Below are positions 1 to 8,159 of a stretch of 64,000 nt of DNA, in pieces; position 1 is the stretch's first letter, and each line of letters starts with the position of its first letter. The notes below the pieces were generated by a model. It saw only the letters and a program-made list of their open reading frames with translations, searched no databases and was not told where the DNA came from. Origin of the DNA: an uncultured delta proteobacterium. Its GTDB lineage: Bacteria; Desulfobacterota; Syntrophobacteria; BM002. Both the position numbers and the translations under genes were made by a program. The DNA is taken from the NCBI GenBank assembly GCA_963712115.1, contig CAVQGX010000040.1:1-64000 (forward strand), in the 5' to 3' direction.

Positions 1-218
1 GTCTTTGCAGACAAATGCCTAAGTGTACTAAAATCTCCAAAATTTTGGTAATCTGGGCAGGTTTTTGATAAGATCACGTCTCTCAGTTTAAAAGAAACCG
101 TCTTTATCTTAAACAAGGTAAGACACCATCGGCTTTCTTCAACACAAGGGGTGCGAGAATCAAAAAGACTAACTCCCTAGATGACAAACTCCCCAACCAG
201 CGCACCGCAATCCAAAAA

Positions 219-1082
219 TTGCTTCACTATTTGCGTCTTGGCGCCGATGCTATTTCACCCGCACCGATTCACACTGAGTACCGCTTATCTCATTCTATAG
301 CCCTACTCAGAGAGCCTAAAGGACTTCTGCTGGATGCCGGTTGTGGCAGTGGGATTCTCCTGGCCTATCTCTGGCGCAAGGGTTACAGGGCCATTGGCAT
401 CGATATCGACAAACAAGCGGTGGAAGACGCCCGAGAAAGGCTCCGCCAGGCTGGCTTTCCACCCTGGGTCGTGGTGGCGGACGTCGAAAGAGCGCCTTTC
501 AAAGACAAAGCTTTCTCCACCGCAATTACCTCTGAAGTGCTTTGTACTATTAAAAATCCCCGAGTTGGTTTTTCTGAACTCTGCCGGGTTCTTGAAGATA
601 TGGGTATCCTGGTAGCGTCAAACCTGATGAATCAAGGTGAAAAAGATATGTTCTGGGGACAGAAACTCATGAGGGGATTGTGGCCAAACTTTCCCTGGCA
701 TGATGAGCGGAATGAGGAATTTAACTGGTCTTCCTTGAAGGAAATGTCCTCATTTTATGAACCTTACTTTATACTTATTGATTATCGTTACGGGCTGCAA
801 AATATTACCGCCACTTTGAATGACCTATGGCGTCTCACTGGACTCCTCTGGAAGTATAAAACAGTGAGGCTTTTTGTTCATTACCTTGCCTGCTATGTCA
901 ACTTTGTGGCACTAACCATGGAAAAACTATTCATCCCACGGCAACGGCTGGGTTTTTCCGTAATAACGCTGATGAAAAAGAGAGACAATCTTGCGAGTAA
1001 CTCGTCTCCAGAAGTATATGAAGTTGAGCCGGGAAAGACAGAAGAAGAATTGATTCGAGACTCTCAAGGGAAACGCTTCTAA
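219..1082 (+). CDS. Class I SAM-dependent methyltransferase
   Basis: LLDAGCGSG motif I and GIDID motif. The start is uncertain (TTG; an out-of-frame ATG lies at 181). The 3' end overlaps the convergent S26 gene. Confidence 0.8.
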   Translation: MLHYLRLGADAISPAPIHTEYRLSHSIALLREPKGLLLDAGCGSGILLAYLWRKGYRAIGIDIDKQAVEDARERLRQAGFPPWVVVADVERAPFKDKAFSTAITSEVLCTIKNPRVGFSELCRVLEDMGILVASNLMNQGEKDMFWGQKLMRGLWPNFPWHDERNEEFNWSSLKEMSSFYEPYFILIDYRYGLQNITATLNDLWRLTGLLWKYKTVRLFVHYLACYVNFVALTMEKLFIPRQRLGFSVITLMKKRDNLASNSSPEVYEVEPGKTEEELIRDSQGKRF

Positions 1083-1379
1083 CTTATAGACTTTTTTTCC
1101 CCGCGAAATGGCAACCGCCTTGCCGACAATTTCATCCCCACTCACCCACCCATCGTCCCTCGCCTTACTGGCATCAGGCTTGGTCATAAATGACTTCTTA
1201 TTCGTTCCCGATATTTCTACTATCCGGTGGATGATTATGTCCCCTTTGGAGCGATAGGCAATAATATCCCCATGTCTCATCTTTTCTCCGGGGGGCTGAG
1301 AAAAAAATATTATGTCTCCTTCCCTAAGAAAAGGGGACATGCTGTCCCCTTTATATTCAATCTGCATTAATTTCTTCAT
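927..1379 (-). CDS. S24/S26-family peptidase (soluble, Ser-His type), candidate RiPP leader peptidase
   Basis: GDSMSPFLREGD (catalytic Ser), GDIIAY, IIHRIV (His), KPD..D..V..EIVGK; no N-terminal TM helix. Confidence 0.85.
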   Translation of the reverse strand: MKKLMQIEYKGDSMSPFLREGDIIFFSQPPGEKMRHGDIIAYRSKGDIIIHRIVEISGTNKKSFMTKPDASKARDDGWVSGDEIVGKAVAISRGKKVYKLEAFPLRVSNQFFFCLSRLNFIYFWRRVTRKIVSLFHQRYYGKTQPLPWDE

Positions 1380-1501
1380 GGTGCAATAAAGTTCCTAAAC
1401 GTATTGCTCAATAACAAACGGTAAGGTCTGTGACCGCCCTATAAAGCGTGCTGGTAACCAGGCTGCATTGACGTGATGCTGCCTCGCCGGACAAATATCT
1501 T

Positions 1502-1687
1502 TTATTGGCTGCTACCTGGGCTGCATAGAGATGCTGCTGTGCTACCAGTATAACATCTGTTGCTGGCCGGACTGCCGGCATCGCAATCGTTAGTGCTAGT
1601 ACCTGCCTTGCAGCGCCCGGAGCCAATGGCCCGGGAAAGAGGTACTGCCTTGGGCGGTTCATACTCTTTTTTTAGTTTCGTGCTCAT
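1502..1687 (-). CDS. RiPP precursor peptide with CxxG repeats (61 aa; possibly longer, see findings)
   Basis: Leader KKEYEPPKAVPL, core CKAG/CDAG/CYTG/CSPG at 9-10 aa spacing, GGAG RBS upstream, located inside an RRE/rSAM operon. Confidence 0.85.
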   Translation of the reverse strand: MSTKLKKEYEPPKAVPLSRAIGSGRCKAGTSTNDCDAGSPASNRCYTGSTAASLCSPGSSQ

Positions 1688-1744
1688 CTCTAACTCCCAT
1701 GTAGTTGGTCACCCAATGAGGATGACACTAATGCTGGCGAACCT

Positions 1745-2716
1745 TTAGTTTGACAGATACTTTATAAATCCCCTGTCCTTTCTGAAGTGTAGTCCTTGAA
1801 CCGGAACAGTATTCAACAAATCATTTACCATCTTCACCTTTTTAGAAAACAATTTTTTATTGAGATAACAAGCATAGGGTAAATGAGCTAATATAATCTC
1901 TACGGCAAAAGACGGTATGGGAATATCCTCTAAATAGGTATCTTCGTCCTTTATTAAATCAAAGATTTTAAAAAGCTTAGTCTTCCTAAAGTCATTCGTT
2001 TTGAAGCCACCCGTCGGTATTCCAAAAAGGTTGTAGTCAATTTCCTTTTTTTCTACGAATACATGTTCATCCGACAATACGGAGCCCTGAGGGGATAAAG
2101 AAGCAATCGTCGTCTTACCATCTCCTGAGGGAGCGGGGAATAAGAAGCCCCTGCCAGCTATACTTATACCGGCTGCGTGTAATAGGAGGACTTCTTTTTT
2201 TTGGTAAAGAAAAAAACCGGTTAAGGCTAGCAATCGTGGCAGTAGTTCTCTCAGGTAGCGAGATAAATCTTTAATTTTGTCATTTTCCGGAGCGCTAATA
2301 AAGATGTCCGCTTTTTTACTTCGGTAGTCCCCCAAAAACACGTGATTTCTGGCTAACATCAAATTGAAATCTCTTTCATCCCTTTTCTTTAATCTAGCGA
2401 GTAGTTCCGAACAAATGGGATTATGGATAAAATAAGAGATGTATTTTATGTATGCCGGTAGTTCTTTATTGTAGGAGCCATAAAATATGCACTCCATATT
2501 TTTCTGTAGATATGCTTGTAGAAAAACCTGCAATTCCTTGGTGAGGCTGTTTTTTTGTCTTTCAACCAGGTGTATATTTAATCTGGCATTGGGTTTTCCC
2601 TTTTGCCTGGATGTTAATGAATAATTTTCTCTCAAAGATGTCCTGTCTCTATCCTCAAAATCATTCAGATTTGTGCCTACGTCAAACTCGCCAATTGGGA
2701 TTATCAAATCGTACAT
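1745..2716 (-). CDS. HPr-kinase-related P-loop protein (SynChlorMet ScmC-like)
   Basis: LLHAAGI...FLFPAPSGDGKTT...LSDE motifs; position within the cassette. Confidence 0.75.
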   Translation of the reverse strand: MYDLIIPIGEFDVGTNLNDFEDRDRTSLRENYSLTSRQKGKPNARLNIHLVERQKNSLTKELQVFLQAYLQKNMECIFYGSYNKELPAYIKYISYFIHNPICSELLARLKKRDERDFNLMLARNHVFLGDYRSKKADIFISAPENDKIKDLSRYLRELLPRLLALTGFFLYQKKEVLLLHAAGISIAGRGFLFPAPSGDGKTTIASLSPQGSVLSDEHVFVEKKEIDYNLFGIPTGGFKTNDFRKTKLFKIFDLIKDEDTYLEDIPIPSFAVEIILAHLPYACYLNKKLFSKKVKMVNDLLNTVPVQGLHFRKDRGFIKYLSN

Positions 2717-2724
2717 AACAATCT

Positions 2725-3801
2725 CTAAGTTATTATCCTTGTTTTGGGGAACAGCCCTTTTTGATGGGCCTCTTCACAAATTCCAAATGGGGCGGTAAAA
2801 TTACCCTCGGCTCCATAGACCTCGGCCCGACATCCACCCAAGCAACGATTCTTAAATATACACTTTTGGCATATTCCCTCTAGCTTACCAGGGACCTCCT
2901 GCCGCATCTTCTCTAGCAGAGGATGATGATGCCATATATCTCTGAGGCTATCTTCTCTTACATTTCCCATAATCAAGGATGGTTCATTCTGCCCTACTCC
3001 GCAGAAAGACACACTCCCATCAGCCAGAATACCAATGATATTATGGATGTTGCAGCTTCCTTTCAAGCGGGAGAAGATCGACTTTATTGACTGAAAAGCC
3101 ACCGGTAAATCGAACAATACATTAATTCCATTGTTATCTGCATTTTCAATCCGGGAGTTCAAATCCAGCAGTTCCCCCAAGGTTAAAGTTTCAGCTCTCT
3201 TAGTCATATGGGAACCTCTCCCCATTGAACTTATAGTGTTTATCTTGATGGAATGTGCCCGTAAATCTTTGGCCAGAGCAATTGCATCCCAGAGAGAACT
3301 GAGATTTCCACGATGAAGGCTGAATACCATCTGAATAGGTATGTCCTCTTGAGCCAGAGAGTCTAGTCCTCTCAAGGTTTGATCAAAGGCCCCTTTGACT
3401 CCCCGAAATACATCGTGAGCCTCAGCGGATGAGCCATCCAGACTGACACTTATTTGCACTTCCTTGAATCGCTTGAGCGTCCGGGCCATATCCTTATCAA
3501 TGAGAGTGCCATTGGTCTCGATTTGTATTTCAAGACCTTTTTCATAAAAATGCTTGATGAAGTCAATAAGGTCGCCTCTCAAAAAAGGTTCACCCCCTGT
3601 AAGTTTTATGCCGGTAAGGCCAAGGGCAAGGGCTTCATTGATGGCTGGCGTCATCTCCTCCAAGGATAGTTCATTTTTTACCTTGTCTTCGTAGGCATTC
3701 TTGTCCTGGACAAAGGGAGGGGACAACCAGCAGTGTTTACACAAGAGGTTACAGTGCCGGGTTGCATTGAAATATATTGTCGTTAATGCAAACTCTCTCA
3801 T
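2725..3801 (-). CDS. scmF: Radical SAM/SPASM peptide maturase (ScmF-like)
   Basis: CNLLCKHC; SPASM CNIHNIIGILADGSVSFC...CQKC...CLGGCRA...C. Confidence 0.8.
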   Translation of the reverse strand: MREFALTTIYFNATRHCNLLCKHCWLSPPFVQDKNAYEDKVKNELSLEEMTPAINEALALGLTGIKLTGGEPFLRGDLIDFIKHFYEKGLEIQIETNGTLIDKDMARTLKRFKEVQISVSLDGSSAEAHDVFRGVKGAFDQTLRGLDSLAQEDIPIQMVFSLHRGNLSSLWDAIALAKDLRAHSIKINTISSMGRGSHMTKRAETLTLGELLDLNSRIENADNNGINVLFDLPVAFQSIKSIFSRLKGSCNIHNIIGILADGSVSFCGVGQNEPSLIMGNVREDSLRDIWHHHPLLEKMRQEVPGKLEGICQKCIFKNRCLGGCRAEVYGAEGNFTAPFGICEEAHQKGLFPKTRIIT

Positions 3802-4867
3802 ATGTTTCTCGCGCCTCTTGATAAATCTTGTAGCAGGAGGAAGGGTCTAAACCCAATATCCCCTCTCCCGCATAATAGCCCACGGCCGGACATCCCCCGT
3901 GACAATCTGACCTGTGAGCACATTCTTTACACTCTTCTCTTTCATCCACAGTCCGGGTAAACCTCTCTCGAAAATATTTTGTTGGTTCTGCCCTCAACCA
4001 GATATCCTCTAAACTCTGGGTCCGGAGGTTCCCCAATTTTAAATCCCACAATCTATCGCAGGGGGTGATCCAGCCATCCGGCCGGATAACCAGTTTGGTT
4101 ACCGCTCCAGCACAATTGTACATCTCGCCGCCTTTACCACCCTCAGCCGCTGTCTCATGCTGCCAATTCCTGAATTTTTCGCCCATGTCCAAGTAACTGC
4201 CCCCGATAAGAGGACCGTACCTATCTCGTAACCTTTTGACAGTCTCATAAACAAAGATCATCTCAGTTGCGTCCAGGGCAAGTACTTCTCTATTCAAAAG
4301 ACCATTTCCACTGTACATCAGCGGTTCCAACCTTAAAGAGGAAATACCTAAAGAGTCAACCAAGGCAGCGATGTTTTCCAAATCATTTAAGTTATATTTA
4401 GTCACGACCGTAAAAATAGTAATTTTCTCTCTGGCGAATCGGACCAAATGTTGAAGGCCTCTCAATCCTCGTTCAAAAGCACCATCGCCTCTCAACCTAT
4501 CGTGTACAGAGGAATTGGAACCATCGAGGCTGACTAATATTCCATCCAGTCTTCGATTAGTGGTTAATCTGCGGGCTGATGATTCATTGAGCAGGGTGGC
4601 ATTGGTATTTATAGAGAAACGAAGAGGCTGTTCTTGAATGAAGTCCAGAATCTCAAATATGTCTTCTCTTACAAAAGGTTCGCCCCCGGTCAGGACAAGT
4701 TTGAAAATCTTTCGGCGCGAGAGTTCTGCGATGAGGTTTTTTAGCTCAGCTGTGCTCATCTCATCTTTAACGTCTCTGGTGGTGGAAACGTTACAATGCT
4801 GGCAGCGAAGGTTACATCGATTGGTCAGACCGATAAAGACATCCAGTGGTAGTGATGGTATTTTCAT
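3749..4867 (-). CDS. scmE: Radical SAM/SPASM peptide maturase (ScmE-like)
   Basis: CNLRCQHC, TGGEP, SPASM CAGA...PDGWITPC...CKEC...CHGGCPA...C. Confidence 0.8.
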   Translation of the reverse strand: MKIPSLPLDVFIGLTNRCNLRCQHCNVSTTRDVKDEMSTAELKNLIAELSRRKIFKLVLTGGEPFVREDIFEILDFIQEQPLRFSINTNATLLNESSARRLTTNRRLDGILVSLDGSNSSVHDRLRGDGAFERGLRGLQHLVRFAREKITIFTVVTKYNLNDLENIAALVDSLGISSLRLEPLMYSGNGLLNREVLALDATEMIFVYETVKRLRDRYGPLIGGSYLDMGEKFRNWQHETAAEGGKGGEMYNCAGAVTKLVIRPDGWITPCDRLWDLKLGNLRTQSLEDIWLRAEPTKYFRERFTRTVDEREECKECAHRSDCHGGCPAVGYYAGEGILGLDPSSCYKIYQEARETYERVCINDNIFQCNPAL

Positions 4868-5142
4868 CGTTCTATTCTCAAAAATCCTTGGCTCTGCAAA
4901 TCCTCAAAAAAATTTTCCGCATCTTCCCTAATTCTTGAAACCGGGATGTCAGGGTAGTGTTTGGAAACAAGTTCTACTATTTTCTCTTTATTGTGTTTGC
5001 CATCGCAAAGCTTCCACACGTAGGCGCCCAGGGAATTTAGGGCCAATAAATCTCCGCTGTCTGGATCAAAGACGAATCCGCCATCTGGTTCTTCCCTAAA
5101 GATGATGCTGGGGCGAGGCTTGAAAATGTGGTTATCCGACAT
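4864..5142 (-). CDS. scmD: PqqD-family RiPP recognition element (ScmD-like)
   Basis: REEPDGGFVFDPDSG...LNSLGAYVWKLCDG...FFEDLQSQGFL, a PqqD pattern. Confidence 0.8.
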   Translation of the reverse strand: MSDNHIFKPRPSIIFREEPDGGFVFDPDSGDLLALNSLGAYVWKLCDGKHNKEKIVELVSKHYPDIPVSRIREDAENFFEDLQSQGFLRIER

Positions 5143-5419
5143 CGCCAGCCTCCTTAAGAATTTTCATTGACTTAAGTTCTGAGACGAACATCTTAAGGTC
5201 ATTTTTAGCTGTGGCTAAAGAGATTGAGAACTGTTTAGATATTCGGGAGGCGATTTCATCAGAGGTTTTACCCTGTACTATTAAATCCAAAATGAAGCTT
5301 CCGGTCTCATTGAGCAGGCAAGAGGATTTGTCCATGACATGAAAGACCAGAGTGCCCTCTTTAAATTTTGTCTGCAGGATATTTTCAGAATCTAGAGAAT
5401 ATTTCATTGATTTGTTCAT
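5132..5419 (-). CDS. Second PqqD-family RRE
   Basis: LNETGSFILDLIVQGKTSDEIA...DLKMFVSELKSMKIL. Start moved to ATG 5419 (or 5407) because the called start at 5524 lies upstream of the sigma-54 promoter. Confidence 0.8.
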   Translation of the reverse strand: MNKSMKYSLDSENILQTKFKEGTLVFHVMDKSSCLLNETGSFILDLIVQGKTSDEIASRISKQFSISLATAKNDLKMFVSELKSMKILKEAGDVG

Positions 5420-5481
5420 ACTTTTGCTTGTTACTCTCCCCAAAAAGATACAGTTTATATATTTAAGCCTTTGTAATGTAC

Positions 5482-5497
5482 CGCAATTTCCGTGCCA
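5482..5497 (-). promoter_or_regulatory. Sigma-54 (-24/-12) promoter of RiPP cluster 1
   Basis: Reverse complement reads TGGCACGGAAATTGCG (GG-N10-GC), matching the TGGCACG-N4-TTGC consensus. Confidence 0.85.
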
Positions 5498-5715
5498 GTC
5501 ATCTTGAGATCTTGTATTAACCAAAAAGCTTTTGCACTATAGGAAGAAAAGCAAGGGCTTGTCAACGCTCTAACCTAACCTTCCTTCCCAGCTTCTGTAC
5601 CGTCGTGGGTTGGCTAAAGAGGCTATAAAATTGGCAACTGACTACGGACCACGGACAACTGACATTCTCTTAGCTCTTGCCTTTCCGAGCTCAAATCCTT
5701 ATATTCTGTGCCGTT

Positions 5716-6489
5716 ATGGGCAAATTCAAACGTTTCAAGAATCAGACCTTTGCAAAAGTCTACACCAAGATCCCTTCACTGGTTGACCTCTATGCAAAGC
5801 AGGCAGACCTAGTAGTCAATACCACTACTCCATTTACCCTATTGAAAAAACCACTCAACCTCTGCCGAATCGCCCTCGTAACCACCGGCGGTGTCCATAC
5901 CAAGAAGCAGAAGCCCTTTGACATGGCAGACAAAAAAGGCGACCCATCTTACCGCGAGCTTTCTTCAGACATCACCCTGGAACAACTGACCATCACCCAT
6001 GACTACTATAATCATGTTGATGCTCTTGCCGATCCCAACCTTGTGCTACCCATAGAACCTTTGCGCGAACTTTTACAACAGGGGAAGATCGGCTCCATTG
6101 GCCCCAGGTTTTTTAGCTTCATGGGTCATATTATGGGCGACCAGATAAAAACGCTGACCCAAGAGACGGCACCAGAGGTCGCTGCCGCCCTGATCAGTGA
6201 TGGAGTGGACGCAGCCTTTCTAACTCCCACTTGAGGCCTTTGTAACCAATCCGTGGGATTGATTCAGCGTATCTTCGAAGAACGAGGTATATCTACAGTT
6301 TCCATCTCACTCAACTTGGCTATCACCAAGAAAGTCAAGCCGCCCAGGGCATTGTACCCAGGTTTTTCTTTGGGTCATCCCTTGGGACGACCCCACGACA
6401 AGGATATCCAGTTGCAGGTTTTGCAAGACGCTTTAGGGCTGTTGGAGATGGATTTAGAGCCAGGCGAGGTAGTGATTAGGTCATACTAG
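5716..6489 (+). CDS. GrdB/PrdB-like (glycine/betaine/proline reductase selenoprotein B family) selenoprotein; TGA 6232-6234 read as Sec
   Basis: The two ORFs are in frame across TGA: FLTPT-U-GLCNQSVGLIQR (UxxC). Family motifs ALVTTGGV, HDYY..D.N..PI, GISTV, PPRA. Confidence 0.85.
6247..6261 (+). promoter_or_regulatory. Putative bacterial SECIS hairpin
   Basis: CAATCC-GTG-GGATTG stem-loop; the G-starting loop begins 18 nt after the UGA. Confidence 0.65.
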
Positions 6490-6534
6490 ATGCAGAGCGC
6501 CAATGCCAGCGGGCAGCGCGCAGCAGGCAGCCGT

Positions 6535-6760
6535 CTCAACTAGGCACTATGCACTAAGCACTAAGCACTAGGCACCACACAGAAGTAATTGGTGTTCAGT
6601 AGCAAGTAGTTGAGAGGAATTCAATCTTGATTGCTTTTCTCTTTATTTCTGGATTCTGACTCTTGGCTCCTTAATCTTAAATTCGCAATCCGAAATCCGC
6701 AATTCGCAATTATCTGCCTATGCCCTATGCTCCACCTGTCCTGAGCCCGTCGAAGGATGC
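6535..6760. repeat. Intergenic mosaic of heptamer repeats plus a REP-like unit
   Basis: (T)AGGCAC/AAGCAC, AATCCGC/AATTCGC and CTATGCC units; CCTGTCCTGAGCCCGTCGAAGGA at 6735-6757. Confidence 0.7.
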
Positions 6761-6763
6761 CCT

Positions 6764-7966
6764 TCACCTCAACAGGAAGACTCGCAACATCCCCCGGAGC
6801 GAAAAAACATCCAGGGGATCTCTCTCGCCGAGCACTATCTGCCTGGCCACCTTCCTTACATCTGGGTTGCGGGCAGCTTTTCCAATGAGGAGATTGGCAA
6901 AGGATTTGAAGCGGAACAACCGCTGTGCCGCTTGGTACCCCTGATGCCGCCCGTCCAGTGTCTTCCGCAGGCCTACCTCATACCTCCCCAAAATACGGCC
7001 GGTGAAGTCGTTTTTCTCTAAGGCCTCAAGGGCCACAGAGGCAGCCAAGTGTCCACTTTCCAGGGCGCTACTGACCCCCTCGCCTATGAATGGAAATGTC
7101 AGACCAAGGGCCTCTCCCAGAACGAGGAGGCCTGGCGCGTAGGCTCGTGCTCCTTGAAAACCTGTGCGCATAGCTGCTGCTCTCATGGGCGCTATTTGCT
7201 CTGCCATTTGTAGGTAACGGGCCAGTGGTTGAATATGCTTGTAGAATCCCGTCAGATTCTGTCCAAAGCGGGGCATCCTCTTTCGACCGTCGAGAAAAAT
7301 ACCGCAGCCCACGTTAAAAATACCCTGACCCAAGGGAAACATCCAACCGTAGCCAGGTAGGAGGCGTTTATCGTAAATAACGACCATGGAGCTCTCATCT
7401 ATGGTTTCGGTGAGGCGGAAATAACCGCGGACGCCAATGGCACTATGATTCCTATTTTGCAGTACTCCAAAGACCTGCAGAATCCGGGCGTTGGCGCCAG
7501 TTGCTAAAAGAACCAACCTCGCGGCAATACTTATCTCCTGTCCTTCTTCATCAAAGCCCAGAGCTCCAACACAACTTCCATTCTGGACCAGCGGCTCTGA
7601 AACCGTAATTCCTCCAAGAAATTGAGCTCCTCCCTTGCAGGCTTCCTCTAGTAGTATTGCATCCAGCTCCTTCCTCGGCAGGGTGAAAAAATTCCCTTCC
7701 AGCTCACACTCTGTCCCATTCGGTGCCACGAAAAAAATACTGCGGATAGGATGAGCCTTTTCTTGCACCGCTGAGCCAAGGCCGACGCTTTCCAAGATCC
7801 GCAGACTGTCCTCGAGGAGACCGTCTCCGCAGACCTTTTCTCTGGGAAATTGGCTGCGATCTGCCACCAGAACATCGATGCCTTGACGAGCCAACTCCAT
7901 AGCAGCAATGCAGCCTGCCGGTCCGGCGCCAACCACGAGAACGTCGGTTTGTAAATCCCGCTTCAA
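6764..7966 (-). CDS. Geranylgeranyl reductase family FAD-dependent oxidoreductase
   Basis: VVGAGPAG, FPREKVCGDG, GYGWMFP, LVLGEA...GEGV. Confidence 0.88.
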   Translation of the reverse strand: MKRDLQTDVLVVGAGPAGCIAAMELARQGIDVLVADRSQFPREKVCGDGLLEDSLRILESVGLGSAVQEKAHPIRSIFFVAPNGTECELEGNFFTLPRKELDAILLEEACKGGAQFLGGITVSEPLVQNGSCVGALGFDEEGQEISIAARLVLLATGANARILQVFGVLQNRNHSAIGVRGYFRLTETIDESSMVVIYDKRLLPGYGWMFPLGQGIFNVGCGIFLDGRKRMPRFGQNLTGFYKHIQPLARYLQMAEQIAPMRAAAMRTGFQGARAYAPGLLVLGEALGLTFPFIGEGVSSALESGHLAASVALEALEKNDFTGRILGRYEVGLRKTLDGRHQGYQAAQRLFRFKSFANLLIGKAARNPDVRKVARQIVLGERDPLDVFSLRGMLRVFLLR

Positions 7967-8067
7967 CTATTCCCCCATGGAGAGTAACAAGACAAAATTA
8001 TTGGTGGGCGAAGATATTATAACTGGAAAGAAAGGATCAGTATAGCGTTAAGCGCAGAGTGCCTTGC

Positions 8068-8156
8068 ACACTAGGCACTAGGAACCAGGCACTAAGCACC
8101 AACAAGTGCTAACTTTCCTGGTCTTGGTGCCTAGTGCTTAGTGCATAGTGCTTAGT
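8068..8156. repeat. Inverted heptamer (CACTAGG/CACTAAG) repeat block
   Basis: cactaggcactagg...gcactaagcacc followed by ggtgcctagtgcttagtgcatagtgcttagt. Confidence 0.7.
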
Positions 8157-8159
8157 TTT

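Noticed and set aside
54-69. Sigma-54 promoter for the first methyltransferase (TGGGCAGGTTTTTGAT)
   Set aside because: The -12 element is GA rather than GC and the -24 context is weak.
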